A DNA stretch of 64,000 bases from Emiliania huxleyi CCMP1516 (GCF_000372725.1 NW_005201092.1:55683-119682); one strand, 5' to 3'; positions 33,702 to 47,249 are shown, numbered from the stretch's first letter. The notes: generated from the sequence alone by a model not told the origin. Numbers and translations: made by a program.

Positions 33702-36126
33702 ATGTCGCTCAAGTTGGTCTCGCTTCTGCTCGTCGCGCTGCCGGCGTCTGCCCTTCCGGTGCCCTTTCTCCTCTCGCCCTTTGGCGAACCCGATCCGACG
33801 CTCCCATACTCGTTTGGCGAACCCGATCCGACGCTCCCATACTCACGGCCCTTTGGCGACGCCGATCCGACGCTCCCATACTCGCGGCCGAGCAAGGTGC
33901 CTCACCGCGCGTTGGAGGACTTGGTGCCCAACGGCGGGTTTTGCGGGCTCACGGAGACGTTCGGCGCTGACTGTGAGGGCCAAGTCCACGTCATGCCCGG
34001 CGGCTCCCCTGATTCGGCGACCGTGGTGTGGACAGGTTCGGCCGAACTTGCGTTCGTTACATTGAACTGCCCTTCGTTCGACAGCCCGCGGAAGTTCCGC
34101 TCGCAGCAAGACACGTACTCTCAGCTGATGAACATTCGGGTGACTCACCTGGTCGGAGAGGAAGGAATCGGCGAGCCGACAACGAACCGCGAGTTTCTCG
34201 CGTCGCTTCAAAACACCAACTTCTCGGCGGACGCCTGGGCATCTAAGATGCCGTGGAACCCGTTCCAGCCAGGCCTCTCGGTCGTCGGGGGTAAGTTCCC
34301 CACGGACCCATTCAGGGAGCCGTCGGTGAGCGACGCGAGCACCTACGGCGGCCTCCTCTTGTACAAGATCCAGCGTTCGGTCGGCTCTGTCTCTGGAAGC
34401 TACTACCAGTCGCCCATCATCCACAAGGCAAACGTCAGCGGAATAGAGCCTGGCGAGACGTGCGGGTACACCATCGGCACGATTGACGACAGCTCCACGC
34501 TGGGGTCGACATATTCCTTCCGCCAACCGCCCGCTCCAGGGCGCATGTACCCCTACAAAGTAGGTCTCGTCGCCGACATGGGACAGACTAGCATCTCGGA
34601 GCAGAACATGCAGATCCTCCTCGACTCGCTCGAGAGTGAGGAACACTCGCCCGTAATCATCTTCGGCGGCGACCTGGCATACGCGGACGGCTTTCTCCCC
34701 CGCTGGGACTCGTGGAGCTTCATGATGCAGCCGCTCATGTCCAAGATTCAGGTCATCACGACGGCGGGCAACCACGAGGTGGGCGACGGCGAGCACTTCG
34801 TAAGCTACTTTGCCCGCTTCCCGCAGCCGTTCCGCGAGTCGGGCTCGACCTCACAGCTCTGGTACTCCAAGGAGGTGGGCCCGATGCACGTCGTCAATCT
34901 CTGCTCGTATGCGGCCACCTTCAACGGCTCCTTCCAGTACGACTGGCTCGTCGCGGATTTGGCGTCGGTAAACCGCAGCAAAACGCCATGGCTCATCGCC
35001 AATTTTCACGGCGAGCGCGGTGTTGCACCGCCCCCGCACCCTGCCCCACTACACCCACCGCCCCCTCCCCCGCCCCCGCCCCAACGTTGCAGCTCCTTGG
35101 TACAACTCGAACAAAAAGCACCAGGGCGAGGCCGAGCCCATGCGTCTCGACATGGAGGAGCTGCTCTACGATGCGGGCGTCGACATCGTGATCAACGGCC
35201 ACGTCCATGCCTACGAGCGGTCGGTGCCCGTGTACAACGCTTGCCTGAACGAATGCGCGCCCAACTACGTTGTCATCGGCGACGGTGGCAACTACGAGGG
35301 CGCCAGCACGCAGTGGATCCAGCCGCCGCCGTGGTCAAAGGTGCGCGAGTCGTCTTTCGGTGTTGGGTTCCTCACCATCATCAACGACACGCACGGTGAG
35401 CCCCCACACGCGTAGGTTGCCGCAGTCCCGCCCCTGCCAAGCCATATCCGCTCTTACCTCGCCGGCCGTGCCCCTCGCGCCACAGCCTTTTACAACTGGT
35501 CGCGCTCCGCCTGCCAGTCCAAGGATGCCGACGCCCACTTTGTGGATCTGGACGGAGCAGGCTGTTCAGGGGGGCTCAACAAAGGCTCGACGCAGTTTTC
35601 GTCCGACTCGACCTACTTTGTTCGCGAGGAGCCGAGCATGCGCAAGCCCGAGCATAACCCGTCGTGCCCGGATAAGAAGCGCAAGCCGTGCGGCGGTGCT
35701 GGAGGCCCGGCCTTCCCGCCGTACCCACCGCGGCCGCCGCCATCGCCTCCGACTCCGCCGGCGCTGCCGTCGCCGCCGTCGCCTCCCGATCCTCCAGCAC
35801 CCCCGCCGCCAGTGCAGTGCGGTGACAACCATGGCTGCGCGGAAGGCTCGACCTGCTACTGTGAGTACAAGAACAACTCTCACGGAACCCGCAGCGTGCT
35901 CTTCTCGAGTCTGCCGCCGGATTCGCGCGGATGCTTCTGCTTCCAAGACGAAGCGTCGCCTGACGACGACATGGTTGGTGGCGAGCACGCGTCCCCCCAA
36001 GTGAAGGCCAAGATCAAGAAAATGCGCAACCGGCTCGAAATGTTGATGAAGCACTGCGCCGTAGTGATCCAAGCCGCCGATGCGCAGGGCGCCCCTATCG
36101 CGGAGGTGGACCCTTCTTGCGAGTGA
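33702..36126 (+). CDS. Secreted purple acid phosphatase (FN3 + metallophosphoesterase) with Pro-rich linker and Cys-rich tail; 2 introns
   Basis: Signal peptide; five metal-ligand motifs DMG, GDLAYAD, GNHE, FH|APWY, GHVHAYER; introns at about 35011-35092 (GC-AG) and 35396-35486. Confidence 0.93.
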
Positions 36127-36392
36127 CGCGCATGCACGGCCGGACCCGTCATCCTCCAGGTGCAGGGCTAGCCGTAGGGGCCTCTCATCGCTCTGGTCAC
36201 CGCCGGCTCCCCCTCCTCCTTCGCTCGCTCTTAGTTCAATGCAATCACCCCGGGAGGCTAGATTGTCCCTTGCGACTGTTCTCTATGTGTAACTTGTGGC
36301 GCATGTGGTTGCGGCCGTGCTAGCTCCTGGCTCTGCACATCACACATCACCCTCTGTGCGTGCGCTTTGGGTTTCTTTCGTGTGGTGCAAGC

Positions 36393-36468
36393 TGTGTTAG
36401 TGCCAGTGTGTGTGCGCGCTAGTCCCGTGCCCAGTGTCGTGCGAGAGAGTTTTGTTGTAAAATTCTTT
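36393..36468 (+). mobile_element. 3'-tail remnant of the RLE retroelement (20011-type subfamily)
   Basis: tgtgttagtgccagt...gtgcgagagagttttgttgtaaaattcttt matches the reverse complement of about 20043-20115. Confidence 0.65.
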
Positions 36469-36657
36469 CGTGGTGTACCTACCTGTGTTCGTCGTCGTGC
36501 GAGACTGCGAGTGCGCGCCGCTTCATAGGTTGATGAATACGCGTGGGCACAGGACGCGGCACAGACCGACAGACGGGGCACAGATGCCAGGCGTGCAGAC
36601 TCATCTCTATGTACAGCACAGCCCTTCAATTCACGCCACGGTGTCTTCCAGCACGCT

Positions 36658-39114
36658 GTGTGCGCGTGCCTTGCTTATGCCGACGATGCGCCCCAGTGCC
36701 TGTGGCCGTGGGCTATGCGACAGAGCGAGCTCATCTTCCGACACCTCGCCACCACGTCGCATTCCCCCCCGATCTCGCCACGTGACTTTGCAAATCCAAA
36801 TCTCGAGCCAGCCGAACTTGGATGGGCGCGAGTTCTATTTTGCAACGTCACTGTTTTCATCCCGCTGCGAGACAAGGATAACAAGATCAGCCACACCCAG
36901 GCCGATGCTTGCCACCTTGGATACGACGAGAATCACCACTGCCACTTCGCCTATGTTCCGTCGCTCCGTCGCGTCGGCAGCTACCGCGTCACGTCGTGGT
37001 GCGGAGAAAACAAGTTCACGATCGCGAAGACCATCTCCTGTGACACGCCAATCACATACATGCAGAGTGACTTCCCCTTTGGCCGCGCCACCGGTGCCTT
37101 CCTGCCCAAGCACTTTGTTGCGCGTCGCCCGCCCGCCCGCCCAGCTGGCCTGCCAGACCAGGGGGGAGCAGCTAACGCAGATGGTCCGACAGCCAGCGAC
37201 GGCACCGTAGCCCTTGTACGGCGTTATGCCGCCGTCGGCTGCGCCGCATTTGCCAGTGGGCAACAGACTATTGCCCGCCTCGCAACTGACCGGCTTGCAG
37301 AGATAGCCTACTCAGCCTTCATCGACGACGACAACACCGAGGTCGCATGCGTCTGGAACGACACAGGCTGCAAGCCGCCGCCAATCGAGATAGCGCTTGC
37401 AATCCAGTCCGTCGCTTCACAGACTATGCCCGACATCAAAACAGTCGAACAGGCTCGCCAGTCTATTTACTGGCCTCTCATCAAACGTGCTATGGAGGAT
37501 GAGATTCACGGAAAGTACGTCGTCAACCGAGCGTGGGACGTTGTCCGACAGGAGCCGTGGATGCACGTCATTGGAGTCAAGTGGGTCTTTACCTTTGTCT
37601 TCAATGACGACGGCAGCATCGCCAAGGTCAAGGCTCGTCTCGTTGGGAAAGGCTTTGGACAACGTGAAGGCAAGGAGTACCACGAGTGTTTTGCGCGCAC
37701 TCTGAGCGCAACAGCCTTCCGCCTATGGTGTGCCATAGTCGCTGACGAAGACCTCGAGACTGACACGGCCGACGGCGTCAAGGCGTTTACTCAGGCTGAC
37801 GTCGATGCCGAGATCTACACCCAGATGCCACCCGGGTTCGTCAAGAAGGGCTTTGTGCTCATGCTTCTCAAAGCGCTCGAGGGCATCAAACAGGGCTCCT
37901 ACCTTTGGTTCAAACTCAACCAGGACGCCCTCGTCAAGCTTGGCTGCGTCGCCTCGCTCACCGAGCCAAACTTCTACAGCCACCCAGCCTTTCGCCTAAT
38001 CATCGTTGTTTTTGCAGACGACGTCGCAAACGGCTTTGCCGCTTCCGCCACCGACCAGTACGTCCGGTTCAAAGAGGAATATGGAACGTACATCAAGATT
38101 GCGACGCTCGATATCGTCCCCATCTCCGTCTTCACCGGAATCGAGGTACTCCGCGACCGAGCCAACCGCACGCTCACTATTCGGCAGACCCGGTACATCG
38201 AGCGGATTGCCGCCCTCTACGGCAACGAGATTGGCGCTGGTGCTCAGTCCACCCCAGCCGGCTCGACCGACGTCCAGCGCGCCCTCTTCGATAAGCTCGA
38301 GCCTGCTGCCGAGTGCGACCGCATCCCCGTCACCGAGTTCCTGAAGCCGCTAGGAACCATCGGGTGGCCTGCCGAGATGACGCGCCCCGACATCAAGTAC
38401 TTCTTCTCGAAGCTCGGCTCTTTCTCTCAGGCTTGCGGCGCCGTCCATCGTGACGCCATCATGACCGTCATCAACTATCTCAACGCCACAAAGCACCTCG
38501 GCATCACCTACGGCGGAAAGCTCAAGATCCCCTACGGACTCGACACTTTCCCGCCAGGCTTCATCGAGTCTCGTGGCCTCCACGCCTACCATGACGCCTC
38601 CTTCGGCAAGGCGCCACACTACGGCGGATGCGTCGTGATGTTCAACAACGGCGCCATCGACTGGAGCGCCAACAAGTCCAAGATCGAGGCTCTCAGCGTC
38701 GCCGAAGAGGAGACCGCCACCGCCTCCGTAGCCGCCAAGAAAGTCGTCTCCTGCCGGCTCATGCTCGAGGACGCTGGCCGAGCTGTCGCAGGCCCCACGC
38801 CCCAGCTCGGTGACTGCAAAGCCGTCTTTGACATCATCGTCAAGCCCGGCTCTACTGCTCGCACGCGCTACTACGAACGTGCCACCACGTTTGTCAAGCG
38901 CCTCTTCATGCTCCGCCACGTCGCGCCGTACCTCGTCGGCACTGCTTATATGATCGCCGACGTCTTCACCAAGACGCAGGCGACGCGAGCTATGTTCTTC
39001 ACCTGTCGCGACTACATGCTCAACGCCAGCAACGGCCCCGGCTTTGCTGTGACGCTCCAGGGGCAGGCTGCCCGGCTGTGGAGCAAGCTCGTCGCGACCG
39101 TCGGCAAGGCGTGA
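36658..39114 (+). mobile_element. Ty1/Copia pol remnant: integrase C-terminus, reverse transcriptase, RNase H (uninterrupted ORF; gag/protease missing)
   Basis: LWPWAM...HLGY; KWVF...KARLVGKGFGQ; LEGIKQG; VFADD; TRPDI; AYHDASF, EEE, GDCKA, ADVFTK; INT-RT-RH order. Confidence 0.95.
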
Positions 39115-39182
39115 GTCATCACCCCTTCGCCGAAGACGCGCGAGTCGTCCGAGATAGTTGCCGATGCAACTAGGGGGGGGCT

Positions 39183-39928
39183 CGTTGTGCGAGTATATGG
39201 GACACGATGTCTCAAATATGAGAGGTTTTGACTCCTACCGGCTCCTGACGCTATCCCTGGCAGCTCTAATGACCAGGATCAGTAGTGTTGTGATAGAGGG
39301 TGCCCATACTAGCGCAGGAGCTGCCACACTCGCCCGGACCGTCCCCTTCTGGGGCCGGTTCCGCAGCCCGCGAGAGCCAACTCAGCGGGGCCGTGCCGCG
39401 GGTGCCTACTGCCGAGTGCCACAAACACTGCGCCGTCCCGCCATCACCTACAGGCTGTCTTGTGTGATGGTTGGGATGTCCAAACGCCACCATCTTGGCT
39501 CTTGCGACCTCAAACCCGCGAGCTGTATGGTGGTCCTGACGTCGACAGACGCCCGATGACCACGGTGAAGCTGAGCCGTAACGAGTCGACAAGTCTCGTC
39601 TGAGCCCGTGGCGGTCGCCGGCTGAGTCGCTGTGCACGGGCCGGTACCTCAGGCGTCACCTCCGCAGCCTCAGGTCTCACACTCCATCACCGCCGCCAGG
39701 ACGCCGTCGGTGGCACGCTCGGCGGCGACTTTGTTGCAGCCCCACAGCGAGCGCGGCGTCGAGCCCATTCGGTCTGGTCGGTTCGCGGCACTCCCTGGGT
39801 GCCAGGGAGTGCCGCCGACACGCGAGCGGTGCTTCCTGGCAGCGCGCGCCAGCTGTGGGGCTGCAACAAACTCGAGACACGCTTTTTGGGACATTTTCGA
39901 CGCTTTTGTCCCATATACTCGCACAACA
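39183..39928 (+). mobile_element. Probable 3' LTR (746 bp) after polypurine tract 39172-39180, with 21-bp terminal inverted repeats
   Basis: PPT agggggggg + ct + (c)gttg...caaca; gttgtgcgagtatatgggaca at 39184-39204 is the reverse complement of 39907-39927. Confidence 0.7.
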
Positions 39929-40352
39929 TGCCGGGGAGCGTTAGAGACGACTCTCTTTCTCCCAACTGTGAACAGTCGTTATCTGTATATGCGCAGCTAT
40001 TCATAGCCGCGCCTGTTGTTTGTGTGTGTATCCGCGCTCTTGGCGCGATTACGAGACTGACTAGTGTGTCGCACTAGTTGTACTTTTCGTAATAGTATTC
40101 CGCATTCATTGCGAGGGCGGACCACTCCTAGCGTGCAGACCGCGGGAGCTGGTGCCGCGGCCAGTGTAGACCTGGCCTGCGCTGTGACGCGCGCGCTCAT
40201 CTTCAACGCGCTACCCGTGCTGCAGCAGCTTGCTTTTGCATTTACGCACTTGCTGTCGATCGTGTCGCCAAAGTGAACTAGCTCACCTGACAGCTGCTTG
40301 TTGCATATTAGGACTTGCTCGCTTGATTGCGGCGGTGATCACGCATCCAGCG

Positions 40353-41121
40353 ATGGCAGCTGCCCTCAACGACATCATCACCGACGCCATCGTCCAGGGA
40401 GTGCGCGGCGCACGTTCGCCCTGTCCGCTCTGCCTCTGCATATCGGCACGCGAAACCACTGTACCGAGCGCTTTCTCTTCATGGCGCCGCAGGCTCAGGA
40501 GATGATGGTCGATGCAAAGACGCCCGAATGCGCGCGCCTGCTTATATGGCTACGATGCCGAGAGTGCCTGCGTACGCCGTTGGCAAGCATGCGCCGGCGC
40601 AGGCGGGCCGTTTTCTCGTCGGCCTGGTGCGCGGGACGCTGCCGTGCGTCGAGCGCTGCGCTCATCTCGACCAGAAGGTTGGCGGTCGTCCAGCGTTGGT
40701 CAATGATATGGTTGAGGACGAGCTGCAGCTTGCCAGTGCCTACCGCGAGCAGGCACAGGCGCGGCTGAATGAGCTGGCTGCCGAGGTCAAAATGATGCGC
40801 GTGAGCTCGATGGAATCGGCAACCTACAAGGAGCGTGTCGAGGCGGCACTGTCGCCAACTCGAGACCCCCGCATCCACCCGGCGAGGCCGCACTTGAGCC
40901 CTGAGCGAGGTACGTCTGCAGCCTGGCCGCACTGTAATCGGGAGGCCGATGAGAGTGACCCCACGCATCCACCCAAGACGACCAGGGGCAACGGCCCGGA
41001 AGCCGCCGGGCAGCACAACCCTCAACGTGGCGCATGCAAGCCACCCTGCAGCTCCCGTCGAGAAGGAGTTGGAGGCATAGAGCAGCACATCCCAGCAGTG
41101 GAAGAGAACCTTGCCCGCTAG
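40353..41121 (+). CDS. Hypothetical protein (possible coiled coil), probably one intron
   Basis: MAAALNDII... then ORF 40528..41121 with coding-like composition; no family motif recognised. Confidence 0.3.
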
Positions 41122-41160
41122 CCGGATCGTGGTATTGGCTATGGCGGCTGGGCACACTGT

Positions 41161-41664
41161 GAAAGAATTCTTAAGATACAAGCCTCTCTCACAGCACACT
41201 GGCACGACAAGGGCGCGGACTGGCGCGGACTGGCACACACACAGGCTCACCACCGGAGCCGCCTAAGCGACTCCGTTAAGAACGGCAATGCACTCCGCAC
41301 CATGCACAATGCCGCTCTCCCCGCACGCTAGCTCGTTCACCGTCTGCCACGCCACGGCGGTGTGGAGGACGACAGACAAGCGCTGCATCTGCAGCCCGTG
41401 CCAGTTCTTGGTGGTCCATGTGACCTCGTCCAGGTGCTGAGCGTGCGAAAGTTTGTTGCTCAGCTGGTTCGCCGCCTCCCTCAGGGTGCTGCGAACCTCC
41501 TTTCCAAAGCCTCCGAAAGCCTCAAAATCAAACAAACGTAGATCGCAATCCTGCTGCCGCGCAAAGGGGTAATCGCCATCCAGCTCCTTGAGCTTTCCCT
41601 TGGGGGCATCCTCCTCCTCCCCCTCCTCCCCCTCCTCCTCGGCCTCCTCCTCCTCCTCCGCCAC
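41161..41664 (-). mobile_element. 5'-truncated RLE retroelement copy
   Basis: 133-aa ORF nearly identical to the C-terminus of 51749..52540; same 3' tail. Confidence 0.85.
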
Positions 41665-42476
41665 CAGGGTTGCACGCGTACACTGGGGGACGAGTTAATG
41701 CGCGGTTGGGGGGGTCTGAAAAGGGGAGCTCCCTCTCCCTTCCTGGGTTGGAACGATAAATGGCCCCACAGGCTCCCAGGAGACCGAATAGTGGACAGGG
41801 CTTTAGACGTCTTGATCAGATGATGATGTGGCGACGAGATAGATCTCTAGTGAGGACCTCTGCGTGTGTAGGGGGCCAGTGAGGACCTCTCGCTGTGAGG
41901 ACCTCTGAGCCTGGCGCGTCCACAGGTGGACAGCCAGGACGCAGCTACGCCTGGCGCGTACTCCTCCGACTGCAAAGCAAGCAGCGCCGTTCCACAAACG
42001 GCGGGGCCTTTTCGGTGTCAAAAAGACGCGGCGGCGCAGAGACCGCGGGAGCGAGGCAGTCTCGTGTCGCTCTATAGAGGTAAGAACAAGGGAGACGACA
42101 AACCTTTTAGGAGGTGCGGGTCACCACGTTTGAAACGCGAGAGTGGCACCGGCGTGTAGCCTCGAAGGGGCAGCCGGGGTCTCGCGTTTAGGGCCGTAAA
42201 AAGATGTAAGACACAAGAAGCAGGGCGCGAGCCGCGCACGAAAGCTACATACACAGAAAGCAACCCCGCGTGACACAATCGAGGGAAGAAACTCATGTGA
42301 GACAGAGGGTCACGCGGGACACGAGCAAAGTGCCAAAAGGGCACCACAGAGAGTAGTTACTATCTCCGCATTCCAACGTGGCGCCCGCGGCTACAAAGGC
42401 GGTACAAATTCTTTTTTTGCTGCGACACTGGAGCACCGACAGCGAAGGAGCTCGTTGGGCTCTCGCTAGGGCGCCG

Positions 42477-43925
42477 ATGCCGCTCGCCACGCTCGCCGCC
42501 GCTTTTGCCTCCGCACCGGACCTGCCTCCTCCTCCGCCACCGCCTTCGGACAACGACCTGTTCGAGAAGCTGCAATGGCAGATGCCTCGATCTGTCCCGA
42601 CCTCCACCGGCGCCTCGGCGCTTCAGCGCATGCTCCTCGGCCAGCACTGCGAGGAGGTTGTCTCCACGTCGGTCTGTCCCGACCAGTTCTTCGCTTTCCT
42701 CTCGGTCGAGCCGTCTGTCGTCCTCTTCCCCGACCGGAGGACCGGCCTGCAGTACTCGCCCGGCTTCCGCTGGGTGGCGACCTTTCCGGAGTGCGCCTCG
42801 TACCTCCCGACGCAGCACGGACCGGAGCGGAACGGCTTCTCCGTCCTCGCGTCGACCGGCACCAACACGCGCGGCCACCTCGAGGCGGGCGCCGTCCTGC
42901 TGCGCTTCGAAAACACGACGTCTGCGGACCACGGCTGGCGCTCGCTGGCGGGGAAGCAGCAGTGCACGGTGAGGGAGATATGGGGAGATATGGGGAGATA
43001 TGGGGAGATATGGGGAAGCAGCAGTGCACGGTGAGGGAGGGACGTGCAGCGAGGGAGAGAGAAGGAGGGCTGCGAGCACACACCCTCTTGCACGCGCCTC
43101 TGCAGTACGTGTAGAGCGCTCCAGCCCTTGCGCGCACGCTCACGTGCACCTCCTCTTCGCACCTCTGCGCACCTCTTCTCACCTCTTCGCACCTCTGCGC
43201 ACCTCTGCTCTCCTCTGCTCACCTCTGCGCACCACCTCTCCCTGAGCACGCTCACGCTCACTCCTGACGCGACCAGCACCGCACATGTGCATGCGCATGT
43301 GCATGTGCATGTGCATGCGCCTCTCCCCGCACGCTCACTCCTGTCCGCCGTGTGCCGCCGCCCTCTCACAAGATCACAAACCCCAGACCACTCGCACTGG
43401 CAGTCGAGGACGGACAGGCCGACAGAGATTGACTAGTCAGACATCCAACGCAAAGACATGCCGCCGCCCTCTCAGGTGCAGTGCTTACTGCGCGACCTGC
43501 GCACATCTCCCCACATCTCCCCACATCTCCCCATATCTCCCCATATCTCCTCAGGTGCAGTGCTTACTGCGCGATCTGCGCACGCGGGCACGCCCGCGCC
43601 TCGCGGGACCGCGCGCAAGCGTGGTGCGCCTCTCTTCGGCAGCCGCGCCATTGTCTTGTAGGCGAGCACCGCGAGTGGGCTATCCCCCCCCCACTCCCTT
43701 CGGAGTGATTCATAGCTAGTTCACTGCTTGAGCAGGCGATCCGCGTGCGGACTGATCTCCCCATATCTCCCCATATCTCCCCATATCTCCGCATATCTCC
43801 CCAGGCCATCCGCGTGCGGACGATGCACGTGCCTTGCCCGAGCGACACGTCGGAGCGCGCACTCGCGCCCGGCAAGGCTTGCTCAACCCCCCCCCCCCCA
43901 CACCACACACACAACACGCACACGC

Positions 43926-43984
<59 letters not shown>

Positions 43985-44600
43985 ACTCACCACTCACCAC
44001 TCACCACTCACACACACAGAGCGTTGCACTTTGAAATGCCGTGGGGCTCCTGTCGTCTAGACGTGGAGGCAGAGCTGTTGCACCGCCCTTGCCCCGCCAC
44101 CTCCAAAACTCACCTCGAGGATCTGACCTAGCCTGACCTGACCTGACCTCACCTCACCTGGCCTGACCTGACCAGGCGGGCTGCGCGTCGGAGGGGGAGG
44201 CGAGATCCAGCCGAGATCCAGCCGAGATCCAGCCGAGATCTGGCCGAGATCCAGCCGAGATCCAGCCGAGATCTAGCCGAGATCTAGTCGAGATGCAGCC
44301 GAGATGCAGCCGAGATACAGCGAGGTCCGTCTACTCTTATTGGGAGAGCAGCAGCACGGAGCACACCAGTGGGTGACACATGGCGAGGACCGCCACTACA
44401 CGTATGGCAATGGTAGCATCAGCACTAGGTCCAACCCCACACGCTCCTCCACCCCGCGGAGACTGCCATTATGCATCGTTCGCAAGCAGTGGTGCCATCC
44501 GCGCTAGCTCATACCTGCATACCTGCAGGCGACCATGCTGCTGCACCCCGCGGGGATTCGCGTGACGGACCCGGACTCGGCTCTCGAGGGGGAGGAGCGA
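42477..44600 (+). CDS. Hypothetical multi-exon protein; 3' end uncertain
   Basis: Coding-like first exon 42477-42968 followed by short exons between repeat-filled introns with exon-duplicate starts. Confidence 0.45.
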
Positions 44601-46079
44601 GATTGATCGAGATTTGCCGAGATTTGCCGAGATTTGCCGAGGTTCGCTGGACTCGTCTCTCGAGGGGGAGGGGCGAGATTTGCCGAGATTTCCCGAGATT
44701 TGCCGAGACTTCCCGAGAGCCGCCGAGAGCTGCCGAGAGTTGAAGACATTTGCCGAGAGCTGAAGTCATATGCCGGTATTCGGACCTGTCCCGCAGTACT
44801 ATGTCCCTAGGTGTGCTCGTGGGCTCGTCCAGAGAGGCCCCACTTGCCAGACGGCTGGGAGGCGGAGCAGGGGGCGGCGGCGGCGGCGGCGGCGGCGGCG
44901 ATGACCGCTCTCGCGTCGCCTGCCACGGCGCGGCGCTCCCGCGAGTGAGACAGAGAGAGGTGAGGGCACAGTCAAGGCAGCGATTGGATACCAGTGTGGG
45001 TGTGGGGCCCCGCACAGCAGCGAGATGGAGGGACGGCCGCAAACTAGCGACACACAGACACGCACGGGCAAGACACTAACAGCGAGCGACCCACACATAC
45101 GCCCCCCCCCCCCCCCCCCCTCCCAATCATGCCTCCCACAAGTAAGCCACCCCAACCCGCACCCCCGCGACTCGCGCGCCGCGGCGACGCCGGGCTCGTG
45201 CCCGTCGCCACCGCGCTCGACGGAGCGAGCGATGGCGCAGCACATCGCCCCGCGCACCCCGCGTCTCCTCTTGCTATGTTCCGGGCGCCGTCGCTCCCTC
45301 CCATCAACACTCCCCCCCGCGCGCGCCCCCCTCGCAGGCGGCGGTGTGGCTTGGCAAGTCGTACTTGGTGGCACGCGGCGCGGCGAAGTTGCTGATGCGT
45401 CTGCAGCTGGGCTAGCCACGGCCGAAAGGGGGGGAGGGGGGGAGGTGCGCGGTGGCTCGCGAGGCGGCAGGCTTGCCGGGTGAGCAGGTGGGCGCGACTC
45501 CGACGCGTGCGACCTGAGATAGGTCTGTGTGAGCTGAGTCTGACTGTGGAAACATGAGCTTGTACGACGAGAGCTGTCGAGGGTGAACACGTGGAGAAAC
45601 ACTGCGAGCTCAAAGTAGAGCTCGAACTCCGGCTTGGTCTAAATGGTAAGTGGACGGGAACGTACTTAAAAACGATCCGCGATTTTCACGTGTACACTAT
45701 AGGTCGGTCGGAATCCCCCAAAACAATTAAACTCCCTTTCGAGCGGAGAGGTTTTGGGATTCGACTCCCGCGCAATCAAGTCATCAACGATGGTGCCAAC
45801 GGCCAAAAGAGCGCCGGTACCAAGCACGATGGAGGTGCGTCTTTCCCATGCTCGCGCGCCCCCCCGGGCGCGCGAACTATGCATGTGGGGATCCACCCGG
45901 CACCACCCCCGCCCCCCACCTGCCGGCTTACCTGCCGTCAGTTCACGCGGGAGCGCCCACAACTGTCAGCAACTGAAATCCAGTTGCTTCAGCTGTGACT
46001 TCAGCCTCGCCTCACCGCTCTCCCTTCGGTCGCACGCCTCCGGAGAGAGGTCGCACACGTCGACGCTGGTGACCATTCC

Positions 46080-46995
46080 CGACGAGCCAATCGCAGGTCG
46101 CGACCCCTGAGGACCTCCACACCTCGAAGGAGAAGCTCCGCGGCATCGGCGAGGCGACCGCGCTCTTTTCAGAACTTGCTAGGGCAGAGGCCCTGTCCAC
46201 CCTGGCGTCCCTCGAGGGGTCGCCAGGGCCCGCCGCGGCCCTGGCGAGGCCCGTGGGCGGCCTGCTCCTCATCGACGCCTACGCCCTCGTCGGCCTGGCC
46301 GGCAAATATGCCAGCGGCGGGGGCGGCGCCGGCGATGCGGGTCTCATCTTTGCAAGGTGGGTCGAGGCGATGGCCGGGCACGAGTCGCTCGCGCCGACGC
46401 GGGCGCTCCCGGCGCTGGCCACGCCGGAGACCAAGGCGAACTTCGTGAAGTACAAGCGCCGGATGATCGCGTACAAGGCGGACGTGGAGCGCGCGCTTAT
46501 GCGGCGCTCGTCGGCCGTTTCTCGCCGGAAGAGGACCCGGCGGAGGCCGACCGCGAACTCGACCATCTCGCGCGGCAGGCGCACGTTCCTCTCCACATCC
46601 TTTCGGACGCGGCCGATGCGGGCGGCGGCGGCGGCGACGGCGGCGGCGGCGCGTCCTCGCTCGATGTCGAGCTCGACGTGACGGCGCAGCTGCGCGCGTT
46701 TGCCGAGGGTTTGCACCCGCGCCTCGGCGCCGACAGCGCCGTCCACCTCTTGGAGGGCTGCCGCGACGTCCTCGGCTTGATCGCCGCCGAGGTGCGCGGC
46801 GCGCCTCCGCCGCGTGGGCGCGGCACGTCGCAGCTCCGGCAGGTGTCGCTGCTCCTCAACTATGAGCGGCGGCGGCGGCAGCTGGGCGAGGCGCTCGCCG
46901 ACGAGCGGCGTGTCGAGCTCGAGCTGGCGGCGCGCCGCCAGCAGGCCGCCGTCGACGCCGCGCTCGCCGACGAGCGGCGGCGCTCCGCACAGTAA
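46080..46995 (+). pseudogene. Frameshifted unknown helical protein inside the TIR element
   Basis: Coding-like frame 46253..46681 switches to frame 46357..46995 near 46510-46530. Confidence 0.4.
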
Positions 46996-47249
46996 GTGCC
47001 TTGCCGTCCCATTCAGCACGTCGCACACACAGGCGGCAGGGCGTGGACATGGGCGTGTGGAAGGCGTGCAGTGTGCGAGGGCTGGAGCACGGCGAATGCC
47101 GCTGCACACAGCTAAACACGTGCCACATCTCCCCGTGTCTCGAGTGAGCAGTGCACTCGCGTGTCTATATGTCCAATGCTCACGGATGTCGTCTGTATAT
47201 AGAGGAGAGCTTGTCTTGCCACCTATCGCGTCCATCGCCGCCTTGTCCG

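Noticed and set aside
36470..36485. Primer-binding site and 5' LTR for the Copia element
   Set aside because: tggtgtacc follows an RLE tail rather than a copy of the 39183-39928 sequence, and gag is absent
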